Shown here piece by piece: positions 53,440 through 62,323 of a stretch of 64,000 bases of DNA (its first letter is position 1; every line of letters starts with the position of its first letter). The stretch comes from an uncultured Gemmatimonadales bacterium (GTDB lineage Bacteria > Gemmatimonadota > Gemmatimonadetes > Longimicrobiales > RSA9), in NCBI GenBank assembly GCA_963816355.1, contig CAWFKH010000005.1, positions 288,001 through 352,000 of the forward strand. Reading direction: 5' to 3'. The position numbers and the translations under genes are program-made. Under the pieces are notes generated by a model. That model was given only the letters and a program-made list of their open reading frames with translations, searched no databases and had not been told where the DNA came from.

Positions 53440-53484
53440 CGGAGCCCGAAGAGGGACTGACGGAAGGCGCCCCGCGAGGCAGCT

Positions 53485-55257
53485 TCAGCGAGGGAGCCGC
53501 GGAAAGCGCTGCGGCGGCCGCCGCCAACGGGTCGCCTGCTCGTAGGCGTACGCGACGCGGAAGATGGTGCCCTCCGCCCACGGCCGGGCGAGGATCTGCA
53601 GGCCGGCGGGCAGGTTCCCGTACGTGAAGCCCATGGGCACGGTGGCGGCGGGCATGCCGGTGGCCGGCGCGATGAGTTGGCTGTTGTCGCCGCGGTACTC
53701 CTCGCGCGCGCGGTCGAGGTGCGCGGGCGGGTACGTCCACGTCGGGTAGACGACGACGTCGACGCGCGCGCTGTCCATCGCCGCCACGACGTCGCGCAGA
53801 AAGCGCTGGCGCGGCGCGTTGTCGGCGAAGTCGGGGCATGGCGGGTCCCACTCCGACGGCGGCGTGTCGGCCGGCTGCTTCACGAGCGAGCGCAGGCTCT
53901 CCTCGACGTAGGAGGAGTACTGGCCGGACTCGAGGACCTCGGCGACGTCGTGGATCGGCGCGCCGGCACCGAGCGAGGCGAGGTAGCGGTGCATGTCGTA
54001 GCGGAACCGCGGGCAGAACATGTCGCGCGAGCGCAGGTCCTCCTCGAGGTCGGGCACCACGAACGGGTCGACGATGCCGGCGCCGTGCGCGCGCAGGTCG
54101 GCGACGGCGCGGTCGAAGAGCGCGAGCACCGCGGTGTCGCTCCTTGCGGGATCCGCGAGCGCGCGCAGCACGCCGATGCGGACGCCGCGCAGGCCCGCGG
54201 TGTCGAGAAAGGCCGTGTAGTCGGCGGCGACGTGGCCGCGCCCGGCCGCGGTGTACGGGTCGGCCGGGTCGTAGCCAGCGATCACGTTGAGCACGCGCGC
54301 GGCGTCGGCGACGGTGCGCGCCATCGGCCCGGCGACGTCACGGTCGAAGGCGAGCGGCACGATGCCGTCGCGGCTGACGAGGCCGATCGTCGAGCGGATC
54401 CCGAACAGGTCGAGGTGGGACGACGGCCCGCGGATCGAGTTGCCGGTGTCGGTGCCGAGGCCGACGGCGGCGAAGCTGGCCGCGATGCCCGAGGCCGTGC
54501 CGCCGCTCGAGCCCGCCGGCACGCGGTCGAGCGCGTACGCGTTGGCGGTCGTGTCGAAGGAGGAGCTGACCGTCTGCCGTGGGCTGAACGCCCACTCCGC
54601 CATGTTCGTCTTGGCGACGACGACCGCGCCCGCGTCGCGGATTCGCCGCACCACGAACGCGTCGTCCGGCGGCCGGCTGTGCAGCAGCGCGACCGATCCG
54701 CCCGTGGTCGCCAGGTCGTGCGTGTCGTAGTTGTCCTTCACCAGCATCGGCACGCAGAAGAGCGCGCCGCCCGCGCGCCCGTCGGCGAGCGCGTGGTCGA
54801 GCGAGTCCGCGCGCGCGAGCGCGTTCGGATTCACCACGGTGATCGCGTTGAGCCCGGTCGAGTCGTCGTACGCCGCGATGCGGTCGAGGTACGCCTGCAC
54901 GACCCCCCGGCACGTCACGTCACCGGAGCGGATCGCCGCCTCGATCCCCGGAATCGTAGCCTCCACCGGCTCGAACCCCCGCCCCCCGCCCCCGCCCGCG
55001 CGGCCGCCCGCGCACCCCCCCAGCCAGAGCCCGCCCACCATGCCGAGGATTCCGAGCGCAACGCCTCCCCTCGCCGAAGGCGAGCTTCCCCGCCGCAGGC
55101 GGCCCCCCCGCGCGGAGCGCGGCCCCCGCCGCAGGCGGTTTCCCCGCGCGCAGCGCGGCCCCCCGCCGCAGGCGGGCTTCCCTCGCGAAGCGAGCTTCCC
55201 CGCGCCCAGCGCGGCTTCCCTCGCAACGCGAGCTTCCCTCGCGCAGCGAGCGCTCAC
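53485..55257 (-). CDS. Amidase signature family protein, probable lipoprotein
   Basis: PMLVKDNYDT, AKTNMAEW, GSSGGTA, GTDTGNSIRGPSS. The likely GTG start overlaps the upstream stop; lipobox LGGC follows a repeat-rich N-terminus. Confidence 0.88.
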   Translation of the reverse strand: MSARCAREARVAREAALGAGKLASRGKPACGGGPRCARGNRLRRGPRSARGGRLRRGSSPSARGGVALGILGMVGGLWLGGCAGGRAGGGGGRGFEPVEATIPGIEAAIRSGDVTCRGVVQAYLDRIAAYDDSTGLNAITVVNPNALARADSLDHALADGRAGGALFCVPMLVKDNYDTHDLATTGGSVALLHSRPPDDAFVVRRIRDAGAVVVAKTNMAEWAFSPRQTVSSSFDTTANAYALDRVPAGSSGGTASGIAASFAAVGLGTDTGNSIRGPSSHLDLFGIRSTIGLVSRDGIVPLAFDRDVAGPMARTVADAARVLNVIAGYDPADPYTAAGRGHVAADYTAFLDTAGLRGVRIGVLRALADPARSDTAVLALFDRAVADLRAHGAGIVDPFVVPDLEEDLRSRDMFCPRFRYDMHRYLASLGAGAPIHDVAEVLESGQYSSYVEESLRSLVKQPADTPPSEWDPPCPDFADNAPRQRFLRDVVAAMDSARVDVVVYPTWTYPPAHLDRAREEYRGDNSQLIAPATGMPAATVPMGFTYGNLPAGLQILARPWAEGTIFRVAYAYEQATRWRRPPQRFPRLPR

Positions 55258-57368
55258 CGCAGCCGCTTCCACAGGTACGTGAAGACGAGCGCCTGTTCGC
55301 GCGCCCGTTGTGCGTTGGTGACGCCCGCGCCGTGGCCGCCCTCGGTGTTCTCGTAGAACCAGACCGGGTGGCCGAGCGCCTTCATGCGCGCGGCGAACTT
55401 GCGCGCGTGGCCGGGATGGACGCGGTCGTCGCGCGTCGTCGTATAGATGAACGGCCGCGGGTAGTCCGCGTTCGGGCTGATGTTCTGGTACGGCGAGTAC
55501 TCGCTGATGTAGGCCCACTCGTCCGGCCTGTCGGGGTCGCCGTACTCGCCCATCCAGCTCGCGCCGGCGAGGAGGTGGTTGAAGCGCTTCATGTCGAGGA
55601 GCGGATTCAGGATGACGACGGCGTTCCACAGGTCCGGCCGCTCCGTCAGCATGACGCCCATCAGCAGGCCGCCGTTGCTGCCGCCCATGATCCCGAGGTG
55701 CGCGGGCGAGGTGATGCGGCGCGCGATCAGGTCCTCGGCGACGGCGATGAAGTCGTCGTAGGCGCGCTGCCGGTGCTCCTTCATCGCGGCGCGGTGCCAC
55801 GTCGGCCCGAACTCGCCGCCGCCGCGGATGTTGGCGACCACGTAGACGCCGCCGCGCTCGAGCCAGTCGGCGCCGTTTGCGGCGTTGTAGTTCGGCGTCA
55901 GCGAGATCTCGAAGCCGCCGTAGCCGTAGAGCAGCGTCGGGTCGTTCCCGTCGAGGGAGATGTCCTTCCGGTGCACGATGAAGTAGGGCACCTTCGTGCC
56001 GTCCTTCGACGTCGCCTCGTGCTGCTCGGTGACGAGGCCGGCGGCGTCGAACTGGGCGGGCAGCCGGCTCACCTCGCGGACCGCGCCGTCGTCCCCGGCG
56101 AAGTAGAGCGTGGAGGGCTGGGTGAACGCGCTGTAGGTGAAGAAGAAGCGGTCGCTCGACGGCGACGTCGCGACCACGCCGGCGCTGCCGATGCCGGGCA
56201 CCGGGATCGTGTCGGCGCTCCACGTGCCGTCGTCGAAGTGGAAGCGGAGGAGCGACGGCCGCACGTTCTCGAGGCGGTCGACGAGCAGGTAGTTCTCGGT
56301 GCTGCTGACGCCGTCGATCGTGGCGCGCGGGTCCGGCTGGAGCACGACCTGGAAGTCGCGGCCGCCGGCGAGGAAGGCGTCGATGCCGGTCGCGATCAGG
56401 GCGTCGGCGGCGAACGTGTGTCCGCCGACGTCCCAGGGGGAGCGGAGCCGCAGCACGAGCTGGTCGCCGACGAGCGAGATGTCGGAATCGAGCGGCACGT
56501 CGAGCTTCACCAGCGAGTCGCCGCGCAAGACGTAGTACATCGTCTCGAAGAAGGTGGGCGAGCGGACGACGAGGCCCCACGTGCGGCCGCCGCTGCGGGT
56601 GGCGCCGACGCCGACGAGCACGTCCGTGGTGTCGCCCTCGAGCAGCGTGCGCGCGGCGGAGAGCGGCGTGCCGCGGTGCCACAGCTTCGCGATGCGCGCG
56701 TAGCCGGACGTGGTGCGGGTGCCCGGCCCGAAGTCGGTCGAGACGAGGACGTCGTCGGGCCCGAGCCAGGCGACGCCGAGCTTCGCCTCCGGAAGGGCGA
56801 AGCCGCCGTCGACGAACGCGGCGTGCTCGACGTCGAACTCGCGCACCTGCACGGCGTCGGCGCCGCCGCGCGAGAGGCGGACGAGGCAGCGGCGGTACGC
56901 GGGCGGCAGGCAGCTCGCGCCCTTCCACGCCCAGTCGACGCCCTCCGCCGCGGCGAGCGAATCCACGTCGAGGACGGTGGTCCAGCGCGGCGAGCCGGCC
57001 AGGTACGCGTCCCATGTGGTGCGGCGCCAGATGCCGCGCGGGTGGTCGCCGTCCTGCCAGTAGTTGAAGATCGCGTCGCCGAGGATCGACGGGAACGCGA
57101 TGCGGTCGTGCGAATCGTAGATGCGCAGCGTGCGCTCGTAGATCGGCTGGTAGAGTGGGTCGGCGCCGAGGACCGCCATCGTCGAGTCGCTCTGCGCCTT
57201 GACCCACGCCAGCGAGCGCGGCGCTTCGACGTCCTCGAGCCAGCGGAACGGGTCGGACGATTGGCGCGGCGACGCCGTGGCGCGCCCGGTGGAGCTCGGC
57301 TGCTGCGCCGAGAGGCCGCTCGTCGCGACGATCGCCGCGATCGCGAGCAACGCGGGAAACCGCTTCAT
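55254..57368 (-). CDS. Prolyl oligopeptidase (S9A)
   Basis: Signal peptide; DPFRWLED, LLYGYGGF, NIRGGGEFG, GGSNGGLL, DDRVHPGH, EGGHG. Confidence 0.95.
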   Translation of the reverse strand: MKRFPALLAIAAIVATSGLSAQQPSSTGRATASPRQSSDPFRWLEDVEAPRSLAWVKAQSDSTMAVLGADPLYQPIYERTLRIYDSHDRIAFPSILGDAIFNYWQDGDHPRGIWRRTTWDAYLAGSPRWTTVLDVDSLAAAEGVDWAWKGASCLPPAYRRCLVRLSRGGADAVQVREFDVEHAAFVDGGFALPEAKLGVAWLGPDDVLVSTDFGPGTRTTSGYARIAKLWHRGTPLSAARTLLEGDTTDVLVGVGATRSGGRTWGLVVRSPTFFETMYYVLRGDSLVKLDVPLDSDISLVGDQLVLRLRSPWDVGGHTFAADALIATGIDAFLAGGRDFQVVLQPDPRATIDGVSSTENYLLVDRLENVRPSLLRFHFDDGTWSADTIPVPGIGSAGVVATSPSSDRFFFTYSAFTQPSTLYFAGDDGAVREVSRLPAQFDAAGLVTEQHEATSKDGTKVPYFIVHRKDISLDGNDPTLLYGYGGFEISLTPNYNAANGADWLERGGVYVVANIRGGGEFGPTWHRAAMKEHRQRAYDDFIAVAEDLIARRITSPAHLGIMGGSNGGLLMGVMLTERPDLWNAVVILNPLLDMKRFNHLLAGASWMGEYGDPDRPDEWAYISEYSPYQNISPNADYPRPFIYTTTRDDRVHPGHARKFAARMKALGHPVWFYENTEGGHGAGVTNAQRAREQALVFTYLWKRLR

Positions 57369-57450
57369 GAGCCCTCTCCTGTTGGGTCGGAGTGGAGAGA
57401 GTGGGGCGCCGGCGTACGGAACGCAATGCCGCGCCGCCCGATGGAGGCTC

Positions 57451-57543
57451 GCGTGTTTGCTCGAGGGCTTGCTCGGGCGCTTGCTTGAGCGCTTGCGTGA
57501 GCGTTTGCTCGCGCGCTTGATTGAGCGCTTGCTCGCGCGCTTG
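57451..57543. repeat. Degenerate 12-bp tandem repeat (GCGCTTGCTCGA-like), ~8 copies
   Basis: Seen directly in the divergent intergenic region. Confidence 0.75.
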
Positions 57544-57800
57544 TCGGATCGCGCGCCGCCGCGCACATTCCGTCCCGGACGTCCCTTTCTCGCCGGCGAG
57601 CCGCGACGGCCCAGCGGGACTCCATTTTCCTCAGCATCGAGCCGCTCGGCCAGACGCTGATCGCGCTGCGCGACGCGATCCTCGGCCGGCCTCCAGAGCG
57701 GACCGGCACCCGCGGCTCGACGCTCCGAGGAACCCGGCCGGCCGGCTCGGGTTCGATACGACGATCGGCGCGGTCGTCACAATGGATCCGGAGGATCGGA

Positions 57801-58379
57801 ATGGAGCGCAGGCACTTCCTGCTGGGACTCTTCTCGCTGGCGCTGCCGACGGGCGGGCTGCTCGAGCGCCTCGGACGCCTGCCCGGCACGGACGCGGCGG
57901 CGGCGCGGCGTGCCACGTCGAGCGCGGCCGGCAGCCGCACGGCGATGCCCCCGCAGCAGGGGATCGCGAAGCTCGAGAAGTCGGATGGGGAATGGCGCAA
58001 GCTCCTGCCGTCCGCGGCGTTCGCCGTCCTCTTCCGCGAGGCGACGGAGCGGCCGGGCACCAGCCCGCTCAACGACGAGCACCGTCCCGGCACGTTCATC
58101 TGCGCGGCGTGCTACCTGCCGCTCTTCGACGCCGCGACGAAGTTCGACAGCGGCACCGGCTGGCCCAGCTTCTACACGCACATCGACGGGCGGCTCGGCT
58201 TCAAGAAGGACTACAAGCTGATCGCACCGAGAACGGAGTACCACTGCGCCCGGTGCGGCGGACACCAGGGGCACGTCTTCGACGACGGTCCGCCGCCCAC
58301 CGGCAAGCGCTACTGCAACAACGGCGTCGCGCTGCGCTTCGTGCCCGAGGGCAGGGCGCTGCCGGCGCTGCGCACCTGA
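57801..58379 (+). CDS. msrB: Peptide-methionine (R)-S-oxide reductase with Tat signal peptide
   Basis: ERRHFL twin-arginine motif; ATERPG, CAAC, KFDSGTGWPSF, RTEYHCARCGGHQGHVFDDGP, RYCNNG. Confidence 0.95.
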   Translation: MERRHFLLGLFSLALPTGGLLERLGRLPGTDAAAARRATSSAAGSRTAMPPQQGIAKLEKSDGEWRKLLPSAAFAVLFREATERPGTSPLNDEHRPGTFICAACYLPLFDAATKFDSGTGWPSFYTHIDGRLGFKKDYKLIAPRTEYHCARCGGHQGHVFDDGPPPTGKRYCNNGVALRFVPEGRALPALRT

Positions 58380-58465
58380 CCGCGCATCCGCGCTCATCCT
58401 CGGAGCTCATCCTCGAGCCCATCCTCGCGCCCGTCGACGACGCGACCCAACGATCGGGAGGTGCC

Positions 58466-58981
58466 ATGGCGAACAACCCTGAGGGCGGCAAGGAGATCGA
58501 GCGGCTCGACCCGCGACCCGTCGACATCGTGCTGCGCGACGGCCGCGAGGTCGAGGGCCGCCTCGCCGTAGGCAGCGGCCAGACCCTCGTGCGCTACCTC
58601 GCCACCCGCCGCATCCTGATCAACCTCACCGACGTGCGCGCCCACTGGTCCGACGACCGCCCGCTCGAGCACCTCGCCGTCCCGCTCCAGCACATCCGCT
58701 GGGTCCGCTCCACCGACGGCCAGATCCCGCTCACGCCGCTCGCCGCCATGCCGATGCTCACCCCCGTCGCCGTCCACCTCGACGACGGTACCTCCATTCA
58801 CGCCTTCGTCGACCTCGCCTTCAACGAGCGCTTCAGCGACCACCTCGACATCGCGCGCCCCTTCATCCCGCTCTTCCGCGCAAGCGTCGGCGGCGAGTGG
58901 ATCGGCGACGTCGCCCTGAACGCCACCTGCGTCGTCGCCGCCCGCGAGGCGCGTGACGACGAGCCGGCGGAAAAGGCGTAG
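58466..58981 (+). CDS. Hypothetical protein built from two tandem small beta domains
   Basis: GGAGG RBS; the halves VDIVLRDGREVEG..LVRYL..INLTDV and VAVHLDDGTSIHA..FSDHL..IPLFRA are similar. Confidence 0.75.
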   Translation: MANNPEGGKEIERLDPRPVDIVLRDGREVEGRLAVGSGQTLVRYLATRRILINLTDVRAHWSDDRPLEHLAVPLQHIRWVRSTDGQIPLTPLAAMPMLTPVAVHLDDGTSIHAFVDLAFNERFSDHLDIARPFIPLFRASVGGEWIGDVALNATCVVAAREARDDEPAEKA

Positions 58982-59253
58982 CCGGGGCGCGCATCCAGGC
59001 GCGGTCAAGCGCCGTGGCGTGGCCCGGCGGCGTGGCGGCGCGGCCCGGCGGCAGGTGCGCCGCGGCGCGGCCCGCTCGGCCATGAGAATTCCTTCAGCGC
59101 GGCCTCGCGCTCCTCGGATCTGGCCCGGGCGCCGCGGAGCGGCCCGCTTGGCCATGGGAATGCCCCGGCGCGCCGTGCATCATGGCGTGTCGACGGAGCG
59201 GCTGGAGCGCCGTCGCGAGGATGACCGCGAGAGCGTTCGGGAGGTCCGATTCG

Positions 59254-60186
59254 ATGCGCGCCGATGTGGAGCAGCGGGTTCGCGACGTCGCCGCAAGCCA
59301 GCACGGGGTGGTCACCCGCAACCAGCTCGTTCGGGCGGGCCTTTCCTCGGCCGCCATCGGTCGCAAGGTGATGCGCGGGCAGCTGCAGACGCGCCATCGG
59401 GGCGTGTATCAGCTGGGGCCGCTCGCGCTTCCCGGCGCCTCCCACATGGCTGCCGTGCTCGCCGGCGGGCCCGCCGCAACCCTGAGCCACCTTTCCGCAG
59501 CGAGCCTCTCCGGGTTGCGCCCGCGGCCGGACGTCCCGGGGCCGATCCACGTCAGCGTTCCGGGAGCGGGCCGGAGTCGCAGGCCCGGCATACGCTTCCA
59601 CCGCGTCGCCCTCGCCGACGACGAGCGGACGATCGTCGACGGCATTCCCATCACGGCACCGGGACGCACGCTCGTGGACATCGCCGGCATGCTGGGCCGG
59701 CGCGAGATCGAGCACGCCGTCGCCTGCGCCGAACGGGAACGCCTCATCGATCACGAGCAGCTCGCCGCGCTTCCGGAGCGCTACCGCAGCCGTCCCGGCA
59801 TCGGCCTGTTGCGAGAAGTGACGCAGCGGCTCGCGGAGCCGGCGTTCACGCGCTCCGAGGCGGAGAACCGATGTCTCGAGATGCTGGACGCCGCCCGGAT
59901 CCCCCGGCCGCACTCCAACGTGCCGATCGGACCCTACGAGCTGGACCACTTCTGGCCCGTGGAGGGGATCGCCATCGAGATCGACGGCCGCGCATACCAT
60001 TCCGCTCGCGGCCGCTTCGAGGGCGATCGCCGCAAGGATGCATGGCTCCGCGCCCGCGGCATCGAGGTGATCCGCCTCACCTGGAGGCAGATCACGCGCG
60101 AAGCGATGCCCACCGCCGTCCAGATCGGTCAGATCCTCGCTCTCGCCCGGGCCCGCAAAGCCGCGACCCCGCGGGAGGCGTCGTAG
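59254..60186 (+). CDS. AbiEi-type wHTH N-terminus + DUF559 (Vsr/PD-(D/E)XK-like) endonuclease domain protein
   Basis: GGAGG RBS; AASQHGVVTRNQLVRAGLS..HRGVY, LSHLSAA, GIPITAPGRTLVD, TRSEAE, ELDHFW..IAIEIDGRAYH..DRRKDAWLRARGIEVIRLTW. Confidence 0.88.
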   Translation: MRADVEQRVRDVAASQHGVVTRNQLVRAGLSSAAIGRKVMRGQLQTRHRGVYQLGPLALPGASHMAAVLAGGPAATLSHLSAASLSGLRPRPDVPGPIHVSVPGAGRSRRPGIRFHRVALADDERTIVDGIPITAPGRTLVDIAGMLGRREIEHAVACAERERLIDHEQLAALPERYRSRPGIGLLREVTQRLAEPAFTRSEAENRCLEMLDAARIPRPHSNVPIGPYELDHFWPVEGIAIEIDGRAYHSARGRFEGDRRKDAWLRARGIEVIRLTWRQITREAMPTAVQIGQILALARARKAATPREAS

Positions 60187-60330
60187 GCGACGTCGTCGCA
60201 ACGCATTCGCAGGCGACGTCGTCGCAACGCATCGCAGGCGACGTCGTCGCAACGCATCGCAGGCGACGTCGTCGCAACGCATCGCAGGCGACGTCGTCGC
60301 AACGCATCGCAGGCGACGTCGTCGCAACGC
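60181..60330. repeat. Tandem repeat, 25-bp unit TCGCAGGCGACGTCGTCGCAACGCA x6
   Basis: Units start at 60181, 60207, 60232, 60257, 60282 and 60307; the first unit contains the DUF559 gene TAG stop; no spacers. Confidence 0.95.
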
Positions 60331-60456
60331 CGCATCGGCGCCTGGGGCGCAGGGGCCCAGGGCGTTCAACGCAAGCGTACCGGCCGGACGAACCCAACCG
60401 TTCTCGCGACTCACGGCGAACGGCTGGGATTCGGCCGCGTCGAGGACGGCCCGTGC

Positions 60457-60633
60457 GAGAAGAATCTCGTAATCGGCGCCGGTCGGATGCTCGCCATCCG
60501 GATTTTTCTCGGAATCCGGGAAGAATCTCGTAACGAACACCCTGGTCCTGGATCGCAAACGAGATATTGCTCGATTTCCGAGACAAAACCGGATAGCGAT
60601 CCCCGAGACGCCATCCATTACGAGAAATTGCTC
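60457..60633. repeat. Palindromic ~177-bp dispersed element, copy B
   Basis: Arms are reverse complements without gaps (51/76 by hand); homologous to 41121-41297. Confidence 0.85.
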
Positions 60634-60750
60634 ACTTCTCGGAGCACGAACCGGCCGAGACGTGCTCGACCTCGACCGCGAGTCCGGGAAACCCTCGCCC
60701 ACGGAGGACCACCGCAATGTGTAGCCCGGGCAGAGTGGACGCGCATGCTC

Positions 60751-60881
60751 GGGCGGACGCAAGCGGGGCGGACGCATGCTCGGGCGGACGCAAGCCGGGC
60801 GGACGCAAGCGGGGCGGACGCAAGCCGGGCGGACGCAAGCGGGGCGGACGCAAGCCGGGCGGACGCAAGCGGGGCGGACGC
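60751..60881. repeat. Tandem repeat, 15-bp unit GGGCGGACGCAAGC(C/G), ~8.5 copies with alternating C/G variants
   Basis: Seen directly. Confidence 0.9.
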
Positions 60882-60922
60882 CCCGATTGGAGCGCCCGCC
60901 CCGCAATCGCTCACCTGCGTTC

Positions 60923-61081
60923 GGCGACGATCGCGCGAGACGGCTCAGCGCACCGCCTGCCCCTCAGCGCATCGCCCGCAACCTGGGCGACGATCGCGCG
61001 AGACGGCTCAGCGCACCGCCTGCCCCTCAGCGCATCGCCCGCAACCTCGGCGACGACGGCGCGAGACGGCTCAGCGCACCG
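60923..61081. repeat. Tandem repeat, 63-bp unit x2.5, overlapping the stop codon of the SMP-30 gene
   Basis: Units start at 60923, 60986 and 61049; the third contains TCA at 61071. Confidence 0.9.
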
Positions 61082-62081
61082 TCCGCACCTCGACGCGGTT
61101 CCCCTGGAAGATCGGGATGAGCACGCGAGACCGCTTCGAGTCCCATCCGATGTCGGCGGGGGATGGCGTACCGGAGACGGCGGTGGTCGGCGCGCCGCCT
61201 CCGGCCGGGATGCGGTAGACAGCCTGGCCGCTCCAGCTCGAGACGAGCAGCGATCCGTCGGGCAGCTTGACGACGCCGTCGAGCTGGCCGTGCGGGAGCG
61301 CGGTGCCGATCGAGGGTGAGGCGCCGGCCGACGGAGAGGGGTTGGCGCCGACGGCGCTGGCGACGCGCATCACCGTGCTGTCGGCGAACGGGACGAGGAC
61401 GAGCGAGTCGCCGTCGACCAGGACGCCGTTCGGCCCCTTGAGCGCGGCACCGTGCGCGACCGCCTGCGCTCGGCCGCCGCTGAAGCGGTAGACGGCGTCG
61501 GTCCCGGTCGAGCCGAAGCTCGCGTTCAGGCCGCTGTCGGTGACGTAGAGCGTGCCGTCGGGCCCGACGTCGGCGTCGTTGAGGAAGGTGGCGCCGGGGA
61601 CGGCCATGGCGCCGAGCGGCGCGCCGGAGTTGCGGTCGAAGGCGCGCACGGAGTCGATGTCGGTGACGAAGATCGTGTCGCCGTGGATGGCGAGGCCCTT
61701 CGGCGCGTTGAGCGTGACGCTGTCGGAGGCGGCGTCGATCCACTTGAGCGACTCGATCGAGCCGTCCGGCCGCACGCGCGAGATGAAGCCGTTGTCGTCG
61801 CGGTCGAGCGGCTGGCCGTTGATGTTGGATACGAGGTAGACGTCTGCGACGGAGTCCCACAGCACGGATTCCGGAGTCTGGAACCCGTCGATCGTGAGTG
61901 AATCCGCGGGCGTAGACTCAGCCATCATCGCACCGCCGGCGGTGTCGGCGGCCATGGCGCCACCCGCGCCGCCCTCGTCGGACGCGCCGCCGCAAGCCGC
62001 GAGCGTCGCGATCGAGCCGAGCGCGAGCATGGCCGCGCGAGCGGACGGGCGACCGTGGAAGCTCCGGAGAACCTCGATCAT
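61071..62081 (-). CDS. SMP-30/gluconolactonase-family beta-propeller lipoprotein
   Basis: Lipobox LAAC; GFQTPESV, YLVSNING, LNAPKGLA, FLND, PNG, LDGVV, PADIG. Confidence 0.85.
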   Translation of the reverse strand: MIEVLRSFHGRPSARAAMLALGSIATLAACGGASDEGGAGGAMAADTAGGAMMAESTPADSLTIDGFQTPESVLWDSVADVYLVSNINGQPLDRDDNGFISRVRPDGSIESLKWIDAASDSVTLNAPKGLAIHGDTIFVTDIDSVRAFDRNSGAPLGAMAVPGATFLNDADVGPDGTLYVTDSGLNASFGSTGTDAVYRFSGGRAQAVAHGAALKGPNGVLVDGDSLVLVPFADSTVMRVASAVGANPSPSAGASPSIGTALPHGQLDGVVKLPDGSLLVSSWSGQAVYRIPAGGGAPTTAVSGTPSPADIGWDSKRSRVLIPIFQGNRVEVRTVR

Positions 62082-62323
62082 CGCTGCCTCCATTGAACGT
62101 AGTGTCGAGAGGGGGGACGCTATCAAAAGCGCGCCGCGGCGGCAACCCGCAGGCAATCGCCCCGCGCCAACCGCAGCAAGACGGCCCGCGAGCCGCGCCA
62201 CCGCGGCCGCAGATCGCCCCGCGCCAGCCCGCGGCAAGGCGGCCGCGCCACCGGCGGGCGCATCGCGCCGCGCCGGCCCGCGGCGGCAACCCGCGACCGC
62301 GCATCGCATAGCGCCGCACGGGC

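Noticed and set aside
59057..59164. 36-bp repeat / 36-bp spacer / 36-bp repeat as a mini-CRISPR
   Set aside because: Only two copies with 4 mismatches, no leader and no cas genes; kept only as a possible operator or duplication.
59254..60186. Type IV toxin-antitoxin (AbiE) operon
   Set aside because: No adjacent AbiEii nucleotidyltransferase gene; the downstream region is non-coding repeats.
60181..60330. 25-bp partly palindromic repeat x6 as a CRISPR array
   Set aside because: Units are head-to-tail with no unique spacers, and no cas genes are present in the window.
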